Source of the DNA: Mobula birostris
Taxonomy: Eukaryota
DNA length: 64,000 nucleotides
Reading direction: 5' to 3'
Assembly (NCBI RefSeq): GCF_030028105.1
Contig: NC_092370.1
Location: forward strand, 70,110,098 to 70,174,097
In this document: positions 49,501 to 62,357 of the stretch, one piece after another
How positions within the stretch are numbered: the stretch's first letter is position 1
Layout: each line of letters starts with the position of its first letter
Program-made: the position numbers and the translations under genes
Notes under the pieces: generated by a model
Seen by the model: only the letters and a program-made list of their open reading frames with translations
The model's database searches: none
What the model was told of the DNA's origin: nothing

Positions 49501-52500
49501 GGATGGCTGGTCGGGATCCTCTACAATGTTTCAGGCCCTTTATATACAACGCTCCTGCTAAATGGCGTGATAGTGGGGAAAGAGACCTCAGTGATCCTCT
49601 CGGTGGTTTTTACTATCCTCTGTAGAGTCTGAAGCCAAACAGGACACTCTGCTGCTCCTGTGGAAAGTAGTTCGAAGTATATTTATTAAGCATTATCAAA
49701 CAACCATGAGATTTGTTTCCTTACAGGCAGTCACAAAACAAAGAAACCCAAGAGAACCCATTTTTTAAAAAAGTAGGCAGACACCCAATGTGCAGAAAAA
49801 AAAATTGTACAAATGAATAAAGTAAGTATATAATGTTCAGAACTGAAGTTTACGAAAGTGACTCCACAGCTCATCCAGAAGCCCGTTAAGTTGTAGGTCA
49901 CGGCCTCCGTTCAGTGCAGAGACAAGTAAACCTCATGGAGCAGTGAGCTGAATATCAGCCCATCTGTCTTATTCAGCCCCAACACCCTGACCTTTTTAAT
50001 CTGTTCTGGAGCTTAAATCTTTCAAACCTTGGGTGGTTCCTTGCTCTCAGACCTAGGCCCTGCCGCTTCGATACGCTCTTGGGCCTGGATCCTTCTACAT
50101 GGTTTCTGCCCATACCCAACCTTTCCAATTTGGCCCGGCACTTAAATCTGTCATACTCTGGGTCATTCCTCGCTCTTGGACCTGTTTCGATATGCTCTTG
50201 GGCTTGGGCCTTTCCACCTCGATTTGGCCCATAGCCAAAAAAAGGCGGGAAGGCTTGAACACATCAATCTTCTCAGAAAGTGTAGATGATGCTGGGCCTT
50301 CTGACTAATGAGAAGATGTTGTGAGTCCAGGTTAGATCATTTGTTATGACCACACCAAGGAATTTTGTGCTTTTCACTCTCTTCAGAGCAGAATCATTAA
50401 TGTGCAATGGAAAGTGGCTGACCTGTGCACCTTCCTGCAGTCCACAATCATTCTCTATCTTATCCATGTCGAGACTCAGGTGGTTCTCACACCATTCAAC
50501 AAGCCTCTCTACCTCCTCTCTGTATGTCAATTCATAATTGTTGCTGATGAGGCCAACCACTGTTGTATCATCAGCAAACTTGATGTGGTTTGAGCTGCAT
50601 TTGGCAGTGCAATCATAAGTCAGCAGTGTGAATGGCAGTGGCCTGAGCACACAGCCTTGAGGGGCACCTGTGCTCAACATGATGGAGCTTTAAATGTTGC
50701 TGCTGACTAGGTCTTTCCATCAAATAGTCCAGGATCCAGTTGGAGAGAGTAGTGTTGAATCCCAGTGTGGACAGTTTACCCACCAGTATCTGAGGGGATA
50801 ATCATGATAAACGCCAAGTTGGTCGATGAGCAACATTCTGGTGTATGAGGCATCATTTTCTCAGTGGAACAGGACAGAATGAGGGCCAGAGTTATAGCAT
50901 CACCAGTGGACCAGTTTGAGCAGTAGGCAAACTGAAAAGGGTTCAATGTAGCCAGAGGGTGGGATTTTATACGATCCATTACCAGCTGCTCAAAGCACTT
51001 TGATTGTTGAGGTCCTTACCAATAGGTGGTAATCATTTAGATCAGTTACTATGGCTCTCTTGGGCATCAGAACGATGGTGGCTGCCTCGAAGCCTGCTGG
51101 TTCAAGTAGACTGTTGCAAAGAGATATTGAAGATGTCCATTTAGATCTCTGTTGAATCCCTTGCATGCTCTCCAGTGCAATAACTTGCATTAAATGCACA
51201 CAGTAATCTGAACTAATGCTTCTTTAGGTTGTAAAATAACCTCCTTGCTCTTGTATTTGATGCCCTGGACAATGAAAAACAAGTATTCCATATGCCTTGT
51301 TAACCACCTCACGTACCCATGTGGCTTCTGTCTTAGTGCTTTAGGCATATATACTTGCATCCCTGGAGAAGAACAAAATAGAATTGTACTAGTTTGCTTC
51401 TGGTTAGAGTTAGTCTTAAGATGAGTAAATCTGTACAATACTAAACTGTACCTCCAATCTCATTCTAACTAGAGAAAGTACAATAATTATTTATTATCTT
51501 ATGCATTGTGATCCCGTCCAAAACTGGTTTTGTGGGTTATTTTAAATAAAATTGCGCAAATAAATTTAGTTGAAAACTTGATAGCCATTTAGCTTTATGT
51601 TTCCGTCAGTCTGTTTGCATCCAAATTTCAGTAAACCCTTTGATTTAGTTTTTCCATTAGAAGTCCCATAAAAGATGAGCTTTGACTTCTATGAATGTAT
51701 TTTATTGATATGAAAGGTGTCGTATGCTGCTTGGAATATAATTTAAGTGAAAACTTTGCATATTCACCTTCGTGTAGTCTATAGTTATACCTCAAAAGTA
51801 GAAAATGGTAGAAGTTGACCATGGGTCTTATTGCTGTGATGTAATTTTTTATATTGCATTTATCATTACATCTCACTGTTCAGGTGTTTGAAACTGTTAT
51901 GCCAATTTTGGAGCTCTGAACAGGAACTTTGGCACTTGTTTTTAAAACTCCATAATGACTTTATGTCATCTTCTGAATCCAATTTCAGCTTGGGTGTCTG
52001 TTTTCTTCCATGTATAAATTGAAAACCTGTTTGCTTTGTACTTTTCCTCAACCTTCCAAACTGTTTAATGCATTTGTAGTTATATTTTTCCAAAACAGAT
52101 GTCAGGTTTCTTGAACATTAAATAAATTATTTGGCTCTCTTTCCTTCTGCTTAGACTGAATTTGTAACCCAATTAAGATGTGGCTGACTTGATTCAAAAA
52201 TTGCAAAGATATATAATCTAACCTTTACTTGCATATTTATTTAATTTCTTACAGTTGAGGGCTTTATCACATGTTTTAAAAATGCCCATGGAGGTTATAC
52301 AAGCTGACTCTGCTCCAATCACAGTAGGTGAAGAGTATGGAAAGAAACCAATAATTCTAGTGTGAGTAGAAACATTTTTTGTTGGAGACTTCTGTTATAA
52401 AAAATACTTCAATATTATAGGGCTTTATCAAGTTATAAATAGCTACTACAGACTGTCCAGGGTGAAGAACACCTAACTTAAGGACACCCTACGTTTGAAC

Positions 52501-54181
52501 TATCTACCCTAATATTGAACTTAAAAGTCTGATGTACATGCATGTGAAAGATGTGCTTATCATATTGAGTAAATATTGTGTTTCGTATATTTTCAGACAG
52601 GACAACATCAACTTAGGGATGTCAGTAAAATTTAAACCTGCTTGTTACTAGAGACAGCTTGTAGGATCAGATATTCCCATTCAAAAATATTATCTTCTGG
52701 ATGCACACGAGCTCTGGGGAGGGAAATGGCCTGTTCTCAGGTTTATCACGGATTGACTGCTACATTTGTGAGGCTGAATGACTTTACTTTCTCTAAATAA
52801 TGTTGTTAAAAGGATTAGCTTATTAATGAAATCAAGATCAAGCAGATTCAAAGGTTAATTTTATTATCAAAGTATGTATGCAGAATACATCTGAGATTTG
52901 TTGTCTTCAGATTGCCATTAAGTACAGAAAAACAGTGGAAGTTTTTGACGTTTCCCCCCCCCACCACATGAAAAAGAAACAAAACTCACAAACCCTAAAC
53001 CACCCACTCCCAACCTCCACCCTCACACAAAAACTAATAGATTGCCCACCTGGACACAGCAACTAAACCATCAAACATCAAACCCCTAACCCCAAGCTCC
53101 TCCCATGCAGAAAATCAGTGACAATAACATCAAACATCCAACCCCTCCTTCACCCAAACAAGGAACATATTGCCCTCCCAGCGATTGGCAACAAGAAGGA
53201 AAACTCAGAAAAACTTAAGGAGACCAATATAAACTGCAGTCCACATCAATAGTCACGTATGTCTCAGAATTTTGAAAACATCCTCCATTGGCAATGAGGA
53301 GAGCCAACAGCTCGAACTCAGTCCTTTCGTGAGGCCTTCATATGTCGAGAAGTGGCCTTCTGACCCCTGGCCTGACACAGCCTCCCGTGGAGGAAGCAAT
53401 CACTGGCCCGACACAGCCTACCATGGGGAGCAACCTCCGGTCCGTCGCGGACTCCCAGGGGGAGCGATACTCAACATTGTCTAGCTGAGATGGACATAGT
53501 GATGATAATGTTAATATTACAGGAATTGTTCATTTGTGATTCCTGCATTTTTAGTTTCAAGCAAACAGCCTTTAAAAGCTCATCATAAATATTACCAAGT
53601 ATATAAAATAAACTAAGTATGGCTTTTAGCATGCTTAAGAGTTCACAGACTTTTTAAAAATTGTCTTTTGGGCTCTCTGTTGATAGCTTTACAGGATCCA
53701 TTGGACGATTCTGGACCTAACAGTGAGTGCATCTCCATGCAATTTAAAAAAAATCAAGCCTCATTCTTATTCTGTAGATCAATATCAGCAAAAAGTACTC
53801 TTGGGTAAGGTATATAATCACAGATGATGCAGTTCTAAATGTAAGCCCTACCATTCTGTTGACTAAGTGCAGATCAAATATTAAATAGTAGATTTAACAG
53901 TGAAAATATTTCCTAAATTGCTGGAAGTTCTATAGCTAGGGACTATCTTATAGTTTTTTGATTAGTCAATAAATTTTTTATAGCAGGTTGTTAATGTCAA
54001 AAAGTTGATTTGTACATAGATTGTTATAACATGCCCTGTTAATTCTTTTAAAGTGATTCATATCATACACTGTTAAATGTTTTTCCTTGTTTACAGATAT
54101 ATGAGACACGCATATGGTTTGGGAGAACATTATAACTCTGTAGAACAATTAAAAGACCCAGATACGGAAGATACAAGTTAA
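22483..54181 (+). CDS. OTUD6B: OTU-domain deubiquitinase 6B, complete spliced CDS: join(22483-22552,25637-25785,27531-27629,28547-28859,45083-45144,52255-52361,54097-54181), 885 nt, 294 aa
   Basis: Seven exons join in frame with GT-AG borders. N-terminal coiled coil ([19 protein letters not shown]), catalytic [14 protein letters not shown] and GEHYNSV motifs are all present. Confidence 0.95.
22741..24436. repeat. C-rich minisatellite, ~95-bp unit, ~17-18 copies, in OTUD6B intron 1
   Basis: Unit: cc(g/c)actggctccactta-Cn-(acc)n-ggctcccccgtggctcctctcctcgccctctcc-(cccac)n-tctcctct, with variable C and ACC runs. Confidence 0.95.
25637..25785 (+). CDS. OTUD6B: OTUD6B exon 2
   Basis: Acceptor ttgcag; (A)[49 protein letters not shown]; donor gtgagt. 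Confidence 0.93.
26490..27513 (+). mobile_element. Rex1/Babar LINE remnant with intact 3' tail, ending just before OTUD6B exon 3
   Basis: [18 protein letters not shown] and LDPLQF motifs; tail gatattaaacctaattctgattct. Confidence 0.75.
27531..27629 (+). CDS. OTUD6B: OTUD6B exon 3
   Basis: Acceptor tttcccttcag; [33 protein letters not shown]; donor gtgtgt. Confidence 0.9.
28547..28859 (+). CDS. OTUD6B: OTUD6B exon 4 (OTU catalytic Cys box)
   Basis: [18 protein letters not shown]...[19 protein letters not shown]...[17 protein letters not shown]; donor gtaagt; overlaps track ORF 28610-28909. Confidence 0.95.
29532..33560. mobile_element. Three-level nest: minus CR1 (29532-30420, 33396-33560) containing a degenerate PLE (~30437-33390) containing a minus Rex1 (~31262-32127)
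   Basis: CR1: [19 protein letters not shown]: [20 protein letters not shown] and [13 protein letters not shown]. Rex1: [18 protein letters not shown]...FKFLGV and [11 protein letters not shown]. Confidence 0.75.
35090..35560. mobile_element. tRNA-derived SINE in fold-back (inverted) configuration
   Basis: Arms 35090-35283 and 35371-35560 are imperfect reverse complements. The spacer holds A-box-like (CCAAGTGGTTAAG) and B-box-like (GAGTTCGAGCC) motifs. Confidence 0.75.
39654..39689 (+). ncRNA. Hammerhead motif in upstream pLTR, core mutated (TTGACGA)
   Basis: AGTC-TTGACGA-AGGGTCTCGGCCT-GAAAC-GTC-GACT; C3 to U in the conserved core. Confidence 0.55.
39826..42858 (+). pseudogene. PLE RT/GIY-YIG ORF, disrupted by stops and frameshifts
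   Basis: H..FL..C...L.P.GF N-terminal motif, [45 protein letters not shown], linker [24 protein letters not shown]....H, EQ.L.FRLG...P.GMN. Confidence 0.85.
43151..43186 (+). ncRNA. Minimal type I hammerhead ribozyme motif in downstream pLTR
   Basis: AGTC-CTGACGA-AGGGTCTCGGCCT-GAAAC-GTT-GACT; GUU triplet fits NUH. Confidence 0.7.
45083..45144 (+). CDS. OTUD6B: OTUD6B exon 5
   Basis: Acceptor ctttcag; (D)[20 protein letters not shown]; donor gtaaat. Confidence 0.93.
45897..48588 (+). mobile_element. Tc1 DNA transposon (DD34E) with long TIRs, inactivated and interrupted by CR1
   Basis: Transposase remnant from ~46264: HKSGDGY..., [10 protein letters not shown] | [18 protein letters not shown]-(34 aa)-E in [15 protein letters not shown]. 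3' end is ATAGGCACTG|TA; the 5' TIR tip is partly deleted. Confidence 0.85.
46502..47609 (-). mobile_element. Relatively young 5'-truncated CR1 LINE inserted in the Tc1 transposase
   Basis: Long open RT C-terminus (ORF 46577-47164 [15 protein letters not shown]; ORF 47301-47666 [11 protein letters not shown]) plus CR1 3' UTR. Confidence 0.85.
49165..51170 (-). mobile_element. Rex1/Babar LINE remnant with an internal insertion
   Basis: [10 protein letters not shown]..., [28 protein letters not shown] motifs. Confidence 0.7.
52255..52361 (+). CDS. OTUD6B: OTUD6B exon 6
   Basis: Acceptor ttcttacag; [35 protein letters not shown](V); donor gtgagt. Confidence 0.93.
54097..54181 (+). CDS. OTUD6B: OTUD6B exon 7 (terminal exon, catalytic His)
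   Basis: Acceptor tgtttacag; [27 protein letters not shown]-stop (TAA at 54179-54181). Confidence 0.93.
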
Positions 54182-54341
54182 ATGCTACCAGTATTTACAT
54201 TTTCTATCAGTGTTTCATTTTCAAATGTACTTTTCCTGTGGAGCTGAAAATTGTACTTTTGCACAGTTCATATAGAAAATTTATGAATAATGCATATCCC
54301 ACTTGTTTTTCTTGGGTACATCATTTAATTGTGAGAAGACC

Positions 54342-54437
54342 AATAAAAGCTAAATGGAGATTGCATGTGGCGATAAGGATTAAATATTTCAGTGATCCTG
54401 CTATTCAGTATGTGCTGTGCATAATAATGCTAATAAA
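54342..54437 (+). terminator. Candidate OTUD6B polyadenylation signals
   Basis: AATAAA at 54342-54347 and 54432-54437, about 160 and 250 nt after the stop codon. Confidence 0.4.
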
Positions 54438-54808
54438 ATTAGCAGAAAATATGTTAGACTTCATGTTTTGTGCCATTGAATTTTGAAACTGTGGAAATTG
54501 CTTGTCCTTTTTTCTGAGAATGGATGGAATGTAATTCAAATTATGTCCAGTTCTGGTTGCCTCATTATAGGAAAGTAGTGGTATAATGAGGAGCGGTGGC
54601 AGGGTGGCATTTAAAGTTAAATGTGTAAAGGATAAAACAGCAGCCGGTGCTAATGATATGCACAGATTTGGTAGACTAAAGGGACTGTTACGTGCTTATA
54701 TAATACTATAACTTAAAACTGATTGAAAGCTGTAATGAAAAGGAAAACCAATTGGTTTTAAATGAGTAAGCACCACAGATAGAAAGGAAATCTTAGAAAA
54801 TTTTCTTG

Positions 54809-55040
54809 AGGGTGACACAGTAGTGTAGCAGTTAGCATAATACTATTACAGCACCGATGACCTACATTCAATTCTGTTGCTATCTGTAAGGAGTTTGTAT
54901 GTTCTCCCCGTGACCTCATAGATTTTTTTCTGGGTGCTCTGGTTTTCTCCCACATTCCAAAGATGCATATTAGTAGGTTAATTGGTCACGTGGGTGTAAT
55001 TGGGTGACACGGGTTTGTTGGGATATTACTGAGCTATATC
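54809..55040 (+). mobile_element. tRNA-derived SINE (HE1-like)
   Basis: Head gggtgacacagtagtgtagcagttagc and core gtaaggagtttgtatgttctccccgtgacc...ctggttttctcccacattccaaaga. Confidence 0.6.
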
Positions 55041-55359
55041 TCTTAATTAAATTAAAAAATGGTGAATAAAAGACTGGAACCCTTTCATCCTGTTATTGTA
55101 TCTCACTGTTATAAATCTTTGTTTTCCCAGATTCCATTTGTAGCACAGTGGCTAAGTTACTGATTAGTATTAGCAATCCATTAGCAGAATGGACTGCTGG
55201 ATACAAGATATCCTGGCAGTCTTACAATTTAAATTCAAATAATTTGACCACAAATGGAATTAAAAAGCTTGTATCTCCTGTACCTAAAGAAGTAGCCACT
55301 GGGTGTACCTTTTTGATCTTTTGCCTTTGTAGCCCATCCATTTCAAGGTTTGATAGGTT

Positions 55360-55838
55360 GTATGTTCAGGGATGTTCATACACACCACTGTTGTAACACA
55401 TGGTTATTTGAGTTACTTGTTGCCTTCCTGTCAGCTTGAACCATTCTGGTCATTCTCCTTTGACCTTTCCTATTAACAAGGTGGTTCCACCCACAACTGC
55501 CAGTCACTTTTTTTTCGTTTCCCTCACCATTCTCTGTAAACTCTAGAGATTATTGTGCATGAAAATCCCAGGAGATCAGCAGTTTCAGGTATTCAAACTA
55601 GTGTCTATCTGGCATCAACAATTATTCCACAGTCAAAATCACTTTGATTACACTTCAGGACATACACCAGTAATGTTAAAGCGGATTCTGATTTTGCCAT
55701 TTCTTCCCCATTCTGAACAACAAGTGAATCTCTTGACCATGTCTGCATACTTTTATGCATTGGGTTGCTGCCACATGATTGGCTAATTAGATATTTTCAT
55801 TAATGAGCAGGTGTACCTAATAAAGTGGCCACTGAATG
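55360..55838. mobile_element. Tc1-type non-autonomous element remnant
   Basis: Ends with GTGTACCTAATAAAGTGGCCACTGA.TG|TA, a Tc1-like terminus. Confidence 0.5.
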
Positions 55839-56683
55839 TAAGTTTGTAACCATGACATTCCTAAAAATTTGTGGAAAAAACCTGTCTGAACCTAGTGTCC
55901 TTGGGAGAAGAAAATCCTCTGAAACTACTCAGTTGAGATGTGTCATTTAGGGATAGTAAATAAATGTCAACTTTGCAAACCATGTCTATATCCCATGAGC
56001 AAATAAAATGAAATAGTCCTTCTACAGCATATTGCATTTGACAATTATGTCCACATTTGTAGTATGATCAATATTGTTCCATAAAGATATGGATAGGAAT
56101 AGTTGGGTAGGTGACAAAAGTGGTTAAAAAGCTAGATTCTTGTAAAGCTTTTATAGACTGAGAAAGAGTTGCTAAGTTGCAGAAATGTAATATAGAGATC
56201 TGTGAAGGGTTGGATGATGGAAGGACTTGGATAACATTGCAGGACTGAGAAGGAATGGGTTGTTTTGGAAGTGGGTAATGTGTTTTGTAGTGAAATTCAA
56301 ACTTAGAAATAAAGGCAACTGGAAACAAAGAGAAAGGAATTGTTATTTGTATGTAAGTAATTATATTTATCACAGAACACAGTATTTCACAAGAGATTCT
56401 GTGGATGCTGGAAATCTTGAGCGCGACAAAACGCTGGAGAATTATTTATTCTCTTTTGTGGATGCTGCCTGACCTACGGAGTTCCTCCAGCATTGTGTGC
56501 GTGTGGAATAATATCACATCAGGAGAAACTCAGAATGCTAGTGCTTGTCAGTGATACGATTCTACATATAAAGGGTTGATGGAAGTTTAAGAGGATGACT
56601 TCAGTTTTTGATTTGAATAAATCATCATGTCTGATAGTGTTGAGAGGGGGAACCATTGTGTTAACATACAGAATTATAGCAGA

Positions 56684-56965
56684 TGGTGGCACAGTAGCGT
56701 AGTGGTTAGCACAACGCTTTACAATACCAGCAATCCGGATTCAATTCTCAATTGCCAATTCCCACTGCGGTCTGTAAGGGGTTTGGATGTTCTCCCTGTG
56801 ACCGCCCAAGTTTCCTCCAGGTGCTCCGGTTTCCTCCCACAGGCCAGGTTGGTAGGTTAATTGGTCATTGTAAATTGTCCTGTGATTAGGCTAGGAGCAA
56901 ATTGGGGGATTGCTGGGCAGCACGGCTCAAGGAGCCAGAAAGGCCAATTCTGGACTATCTCATTA
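56684..56965 (+). mobile_element. tRNA-derived SINE (HE1-like)
   Basis: ggtggcacagtagcgtagtggttagc...gttctccctgtgacc...ggtgctccggtttcctcccac; related to the 54809 copy. Confidence 0.6.
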
Positions 56966-57264
56966 ATAATAAATGCAAGGGAAGGGTCCTTAAGCTGCCT
57001 ATTCCTTTAGATATGTTAGTTGGGTTTGAAATTTGAAATTACTTTCACACTATATATTTCCTTTGATTGCTTTGTCCCAAGAAAAGTAAACATATCAGAT
57101 ATTGTATCTACTGAAGTGTTGAGGATTCACAGTTCTTTAGTATAGAAATTTCCAAAGATTCATAACTGTCTCAATGAAAAACAATCCAATTTTACTCCCA
57201 AGTGTTTTCCTCTTATCCTGAGATTATGTGCCCTTATTTTATACTTTCTAAAAAGTCCTTTTTT

Positions 57265-60200
57265 ATAAGACGTTGGAGCAGAAGTAGGCCATTCAGCACA
57301 TCGAGGCTGCTCTGCCATTTCAGCATGGCTGATCTTTTTCTCTCTCAGCCCCAGTCTCCTGAGATTTCTCCCTGTAGCCTTACATGCCCTGACTAATCAA
57401 GAACCTATCAACCTCTGCCTTAAATATACACATTCACTTGGCCTCCATAAATGCTTGGGGCAACAAATTCTAGAGGTTCACCTAACTCTGGCTAAAAAAA
57501 ATTACTTCGCCGTTTTAAATGGATGTTCCTCTATTCTGAGAATGAGTCCTCTGGTCCTAGACTCCCCTACCAGAGGAAACATCCTCTCCACATCCACTCT
57601 ATCGAGCCTTTCAACATTGAATAGGTTTCAATAAGATCTCCCTCATTCTTCTGAATGCCAGTGAGTACAAGCCACAGCCATCAAACACTCATCATATACC
57701 TTTCAATCCCTAAATCACATTCATGAACTTCCTCTGAATCCTACCCAATACCAGCAGATCCTTTCTTTGATAAGGGGCTCAAAACTGCACACAATACTCC
57801 AAATGAGGCCTCGTCAGTGCCTTCTACAGCCTCAGCATTATACCCTTCCTTTTATATTCTAGTCCTCTTGAAATGAATGCTAACTTTGCATTTGTTTTCC
57901 TCACCATCAACTCAACCAGCAGGTTAACCTTTAGGGAGTCCTGCATGAGGACTCCCAAGTCCCTTTCCTCAAATTTTTGAATTTTCTCTCTATGCTTTTA
58001 TTCCTTCTACCAAAGTGCATGACCATACTATTCAATCTGTCACTTCTTTGCCCATTCTCCTAATCTAAGTCCTTCTGTAGCTTCACTGCTTCCTCAACAC
58101 TACTTCCCCACCTATCTTCATACTGTCTGCAAACTTGGCCACAATTCCATCATCCAAATCATTGACATACAATGTAAAAAAACAAGTCCCAGCACAGACC
58201 CCCTGTGGAACGCCATCAGTCACTGGTAGCTGACCAGAAAAGGCTCCCTTTATTCCCACTCTTTGCCTCTTGCCAGTCAGTCAATGCTCTGTTAATATTA
58301 GTATCTTTCCTGTAATATCATGGGCTTTTACCTTGCTAAGCAGCCTCGTGTGGCATCTTGTCAAAGGTCTTTTGAAAATCCAACTCCACAACATCCACCA
58401 ATTCTCTTTTGTCTATCCTGCTCAAAGGATTCCAACAGATTTGTCAGACAAGTTTTTCCCTTAAGGAAACCATATTGACTTTGGCCTATTTTATTATGTG
58501 CCTTTAAGTACCCTGAAACCTCATCCTTAACAATTGACTCCAACATCTTCCCAACCACTGAGGTCAGGCTAACTGGCCTATAGTTTTCTTTTTTTGCCTG
58601 CCTCCCATCTTGAAGAGTAGAATGACATTTGCAATTTTCCACTCCTCTGGAGCAATGCAATAATCTAGTGATTCTTGAATGATCATTACTAATGCCTTCA
58701 CAATCTCTTCAGCTATGCCTTTCAGAACCCTGGGGTTTAGTCCATCTGATCCACCTGATTTACCTACATTCAGACCTTTCAGCTTCCCATGCACCTTCTA
58801 GTAAAGCAACTACTCACTTCTGCCCCTGACACTCTTGAACATCTGGCATTCTGGTAGTGTCTTCCACAGTGAAGACTGAGGCAAAATACTTAATCAGTTC
58901 ATCTGCCTTTTCCTTGTCCCCCATTACTACTTTTCCAGCAGCCTAATATCTACTCTTTTTTGCTTTTACTCTTTATATATCTGAAGAAACTTCTGGTATT
59001 CTCATTAATATTATTGGCTAGCTTACCGTTGTATCTCATCTTTTTGTTCCTTACGGCTTTTTTTTTAGTTAATTTTGTTTTTTGTTGGTTTTTAAAAGTT
59101 TCCCAATTCTCTGACTTCCCACTTCTTTTTGCTCTATTATATGCCTTCTCTTTTTCTTTTATTTTAGCTTTGACTTCCCTTGTCAGCTATAGTTGTGTCA
59201 TGCTGCCTTTACACTGCTTCTTCCTCTTTAGGATGTATGTATCCTGTGCCTTCGGAATTGCGCCCAGAAACTCCGGCCATTACTGCTCTGGATGTTATCC
59301 CTGCTAATGTCCCCTTCCAACTGTCATCGGCAAGCTCCTCTCATGCCTCTAATTCTCTTTACTCCACTATAGTACTAATCCATCTGACTAGCTTCTGCCT
59401 TTCAAATTGCAGGATGAATTCTATCATATCATAATCTCTGCTTCCTTAAGCTTTGTAATCAAATCAGGTTCATTATGCAATACCCAATTCAGAATAACCG
59501 ATCCCGTGTGCTCAACCACAAGCTGCTCTAAAAAGTCAACTCATAGGCATTCTATAAATTCTCTTTCTTGGGATCCAAAATCAGCACCAACCTGATTTTC
59601 CCAATCTACCAGCATATTGAAATCCCCCATGACTATCGTAATGTTGCCCTTTCAACGTGCATTTTTAATTTCCCATTACAATTTTTAATCCACATCTTGG
59701 CTACTGTTTGGAGATCTGTACATAACTCCCTTCAGGGTCTTTTTACCCATGCAGATCCTTAACTCTAACTACAATGATTCAACGTCTCCCTATCCAATGT
59801 CACCTCTTTCTAATGATTTGATTTCATTTTTTACCAACAGAGCCATGCCATCCCCTCTGTTTAGCTGTCAGTCTTGTGGCGCAGTGGCATCAGCCCCAGA
59901 CTCCGGAGCGAAGGCTTCCCGAGTTCGAATCCAAGTCGCCCCCCCCCCCCGAGCACGCTTTCCATCCGTGCCGGGTTGAGTGTTGAGCGAGCCACTCGGC
60001 CTCGTAAAAAACGGGTCGAGTCAGGAATGTTCATAACGTGACCCGGTTAATCCGAAAGGAGATAATCCTGACACTATGCGCCAGACAAGAATGGCTGACT
60101 GGTGCGACACGCTAGGAAGGACCTTCCAATACAATGGGGATATTAATCCCCCAACTACAATCATCTTTCAGTCATGATTCAGTGATGCTCACAACGTCAT

Positions 60201-60930
60201 ACCTGCCAACCTCTAACTGTGCTACAAGATCATTTACCTTATTTCTTATACTGTATGTATTGGAATGTAACACCTTCAGTCATGTATTTGTCACTCTTCA
60301 ATTTTGTCCCCCGTTTCATTGTAACTCATCCCACTGACTCTGCTTCTATACCTACTGCCCCATCCCCAGCCCTATCACTCAGTTTCACATCCTCCTGCCA
60401 GGTTTGTTTAAACCCTTCCCTACAGCTCTAGCAAACCTACCCCCAAGGATATTGGTGCCCCCGCCCCCCCAGGTTCAGATGTAACCTGTCCCTTTTGTAC
60501 AGGTCATACCTTCCCCAGAAGACCTCCCAATGATCTAGAAAACTGAAACCTGCCCTCTGCACCAGTTCCTCATCTGCCAAATCATCCTATTCTTACCCTC
60601 ACTGGCACGTGGCAAAAGTAATAATGTAGAGATCACCACCCTGAATGTCCTGCTGTTCAGCTTTCTACCTGGCTCCCTAAGTTCTCTCTTCAGCACCTTC
60701 TCCCTTTTCCAACCTATGTCATTGGTGTCAATATGTACCAAGACTTCTGGCTGCTCACTCTTCCCCTTTAAAGATGTCCCTGACCCCAGCAGCTGGGAGG
60801 CAACATACCATGCAGATGTTTCTATCACATCCACATAATCTTGTGTCTACTCATCTAACTATGAAATCTCTCTTCCCTTTTGAACCTCAGTGCCAGAGAC
60901 CTGATCGCTGTGGCTTCTGCCTGGTAGGTC
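57265..60930 (-). mobile_element. Long degenerate CR1 LINE (ORF1 esterase-like remnant, ORF2, 3' UTR)
   Basis: ENYRPVSLTSVVGKMLESI, QYGFLKGKTCLTNL, and VLVHIDTNDIG (ORF1 esterase-like). Confidence 0.75.
59870..60115 (+). mobile_element. tRNA-derived SINE nested in CR1
   Basis: A-box-like GTGGCGCAGTGG and B-box GAGTTCGAATCC; CpG-rich, so probably young. Confidence 0.6.
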
Positions 60931-62343
60931 ATTCCTTAAGATTTTGAGCCACTTTACTTTATTTCTCAAGCTAAGACAACCTTTGATTCAGAATAATTAT
61001 TATAATTTGATATATTACTTCCTCTAATACATCCTTGGATAAAAGCAAAATTGTGCATAGCCCTGAGAATGTAGTATGAATAAGGACTTGGGAACATTTT
61101 TACTGGCTCCTGCCTTACTATTGCTATTACTATATAATAAATAAATTCTATTTTTATTCCTAGTTTTAATCTATCTATAACTTTACATAAATTCATTTTC
61201 AAGGCCAAAGTTTTTCTTTTAAAGTATTGATTTTTAATCTTACAATCAAAGTGAGTGTCATATCATGGACTCACTTTCAAGGACTCTTTATCTCATGTTC
61301 TCAAAATTTATTGCTTATTTATTAATATTATTTTCTATTTGAATTTGCACAGTCTGTTGTCTTTTGCATATTGATTGTCCATCTTGTTGGGGCAGTCTGT
61401 CATTGATTCTATTATATTTCCTTTATTTACTGTGAATGCCCACAAAAGAATGAATCTCAGGGATATATATACACACACATACACAGTGATATATACCTGT
61501 AAACACTTGATGTTTACTTGATGTTCTTTATTATTGCCCACTCTACCAGTCTTTACACCTCACAACCCTTGGTTCATACAGATTGTACATAACTGTCAAT
61601 CACTGATCCTCATAACATCCTGTTAATTATATCTCTAAATCTTCAAAATGTACTCCTCTTTCTTCGTCTGGGTTTGTGGTTAGTTTCGGTTAATGAAGAG
61701 CCTGACCCTGTGCTGTACTATTCCATGTTCTATATAGGGTCAAGTTCCTATTTTAGGAATAAATCTAATGCATACTTTACTTGTGGAAATTTAGAATAAT
61801 TACAACAAATGCTGAATAAACACAACATGTCAGCATCTGTAAAAGAGATTTAGAGTTAATATTTTAGGTCAAACACCAGCAGGTTAACTTTCTTTCTCCA
61901 TAGATGTTGCCTGACCTGCTGTATTTCCAGTTTTTGTTTCATAAGCTTTTAAACTCTTCACATTTCCCCCGGGATCAATAAAGTATGACTGTGACTATGA
62001 CTATGAATATATTTTGCGCAGCTTCCAGAAAACAAATTGATTTTACACATCGCCATTGCTCGTTTTAACCACTTTTTTTTAACGCCCATTGATTTTAGGA
62101 TTAGATAATTGATAGTTTTTCCGATGACCCTTTCAATTGAAAATAATAACCAGCGTGATCATTCTTTTTGCATTATTCTTCCAAACATATTACTCGCAAG
62201 GCAAGGAATAAAAGGCAAGGAATAAGAGCCAAGCGCACACGGGGAGGTTGTGGTGGAGAGATCGAATGGGAGGTTTGGTCCGCCATCCGCCAGAGGGTGT
62301 GAGGAGTGTCCCCACCCAGGGGAGTTCTCTTCCCACAACGTCT

Positions 62344-62357
62344 GTCTCCTTGGAGAC
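62344..62357. promoter_or_regulatory. Near-palindromic RFX X-box-like motif upstream of the LRRC69 ATG
   Basis: GTCTCCTTGGAGAC resembles the X-box (GTNRCC-N0-3-RGYAAC), with mismatches in both half-sites. It lies within the palindrome TCTGTCTCC-TT-GGAGACAGA. Confidence 0.45.

Noticed and set aside
52449-52662. Possible small Tigger-type MITE (TA-flanked, degenerate ends)
   Set aside because: TIR match is too weak to call without a library search.
59870-59940. Possible tRNA gene (also 35284-35340)
   Set aside because: A/B boxes are present but there is no complete cloverleaf, and the sequence continues into a SINE body.
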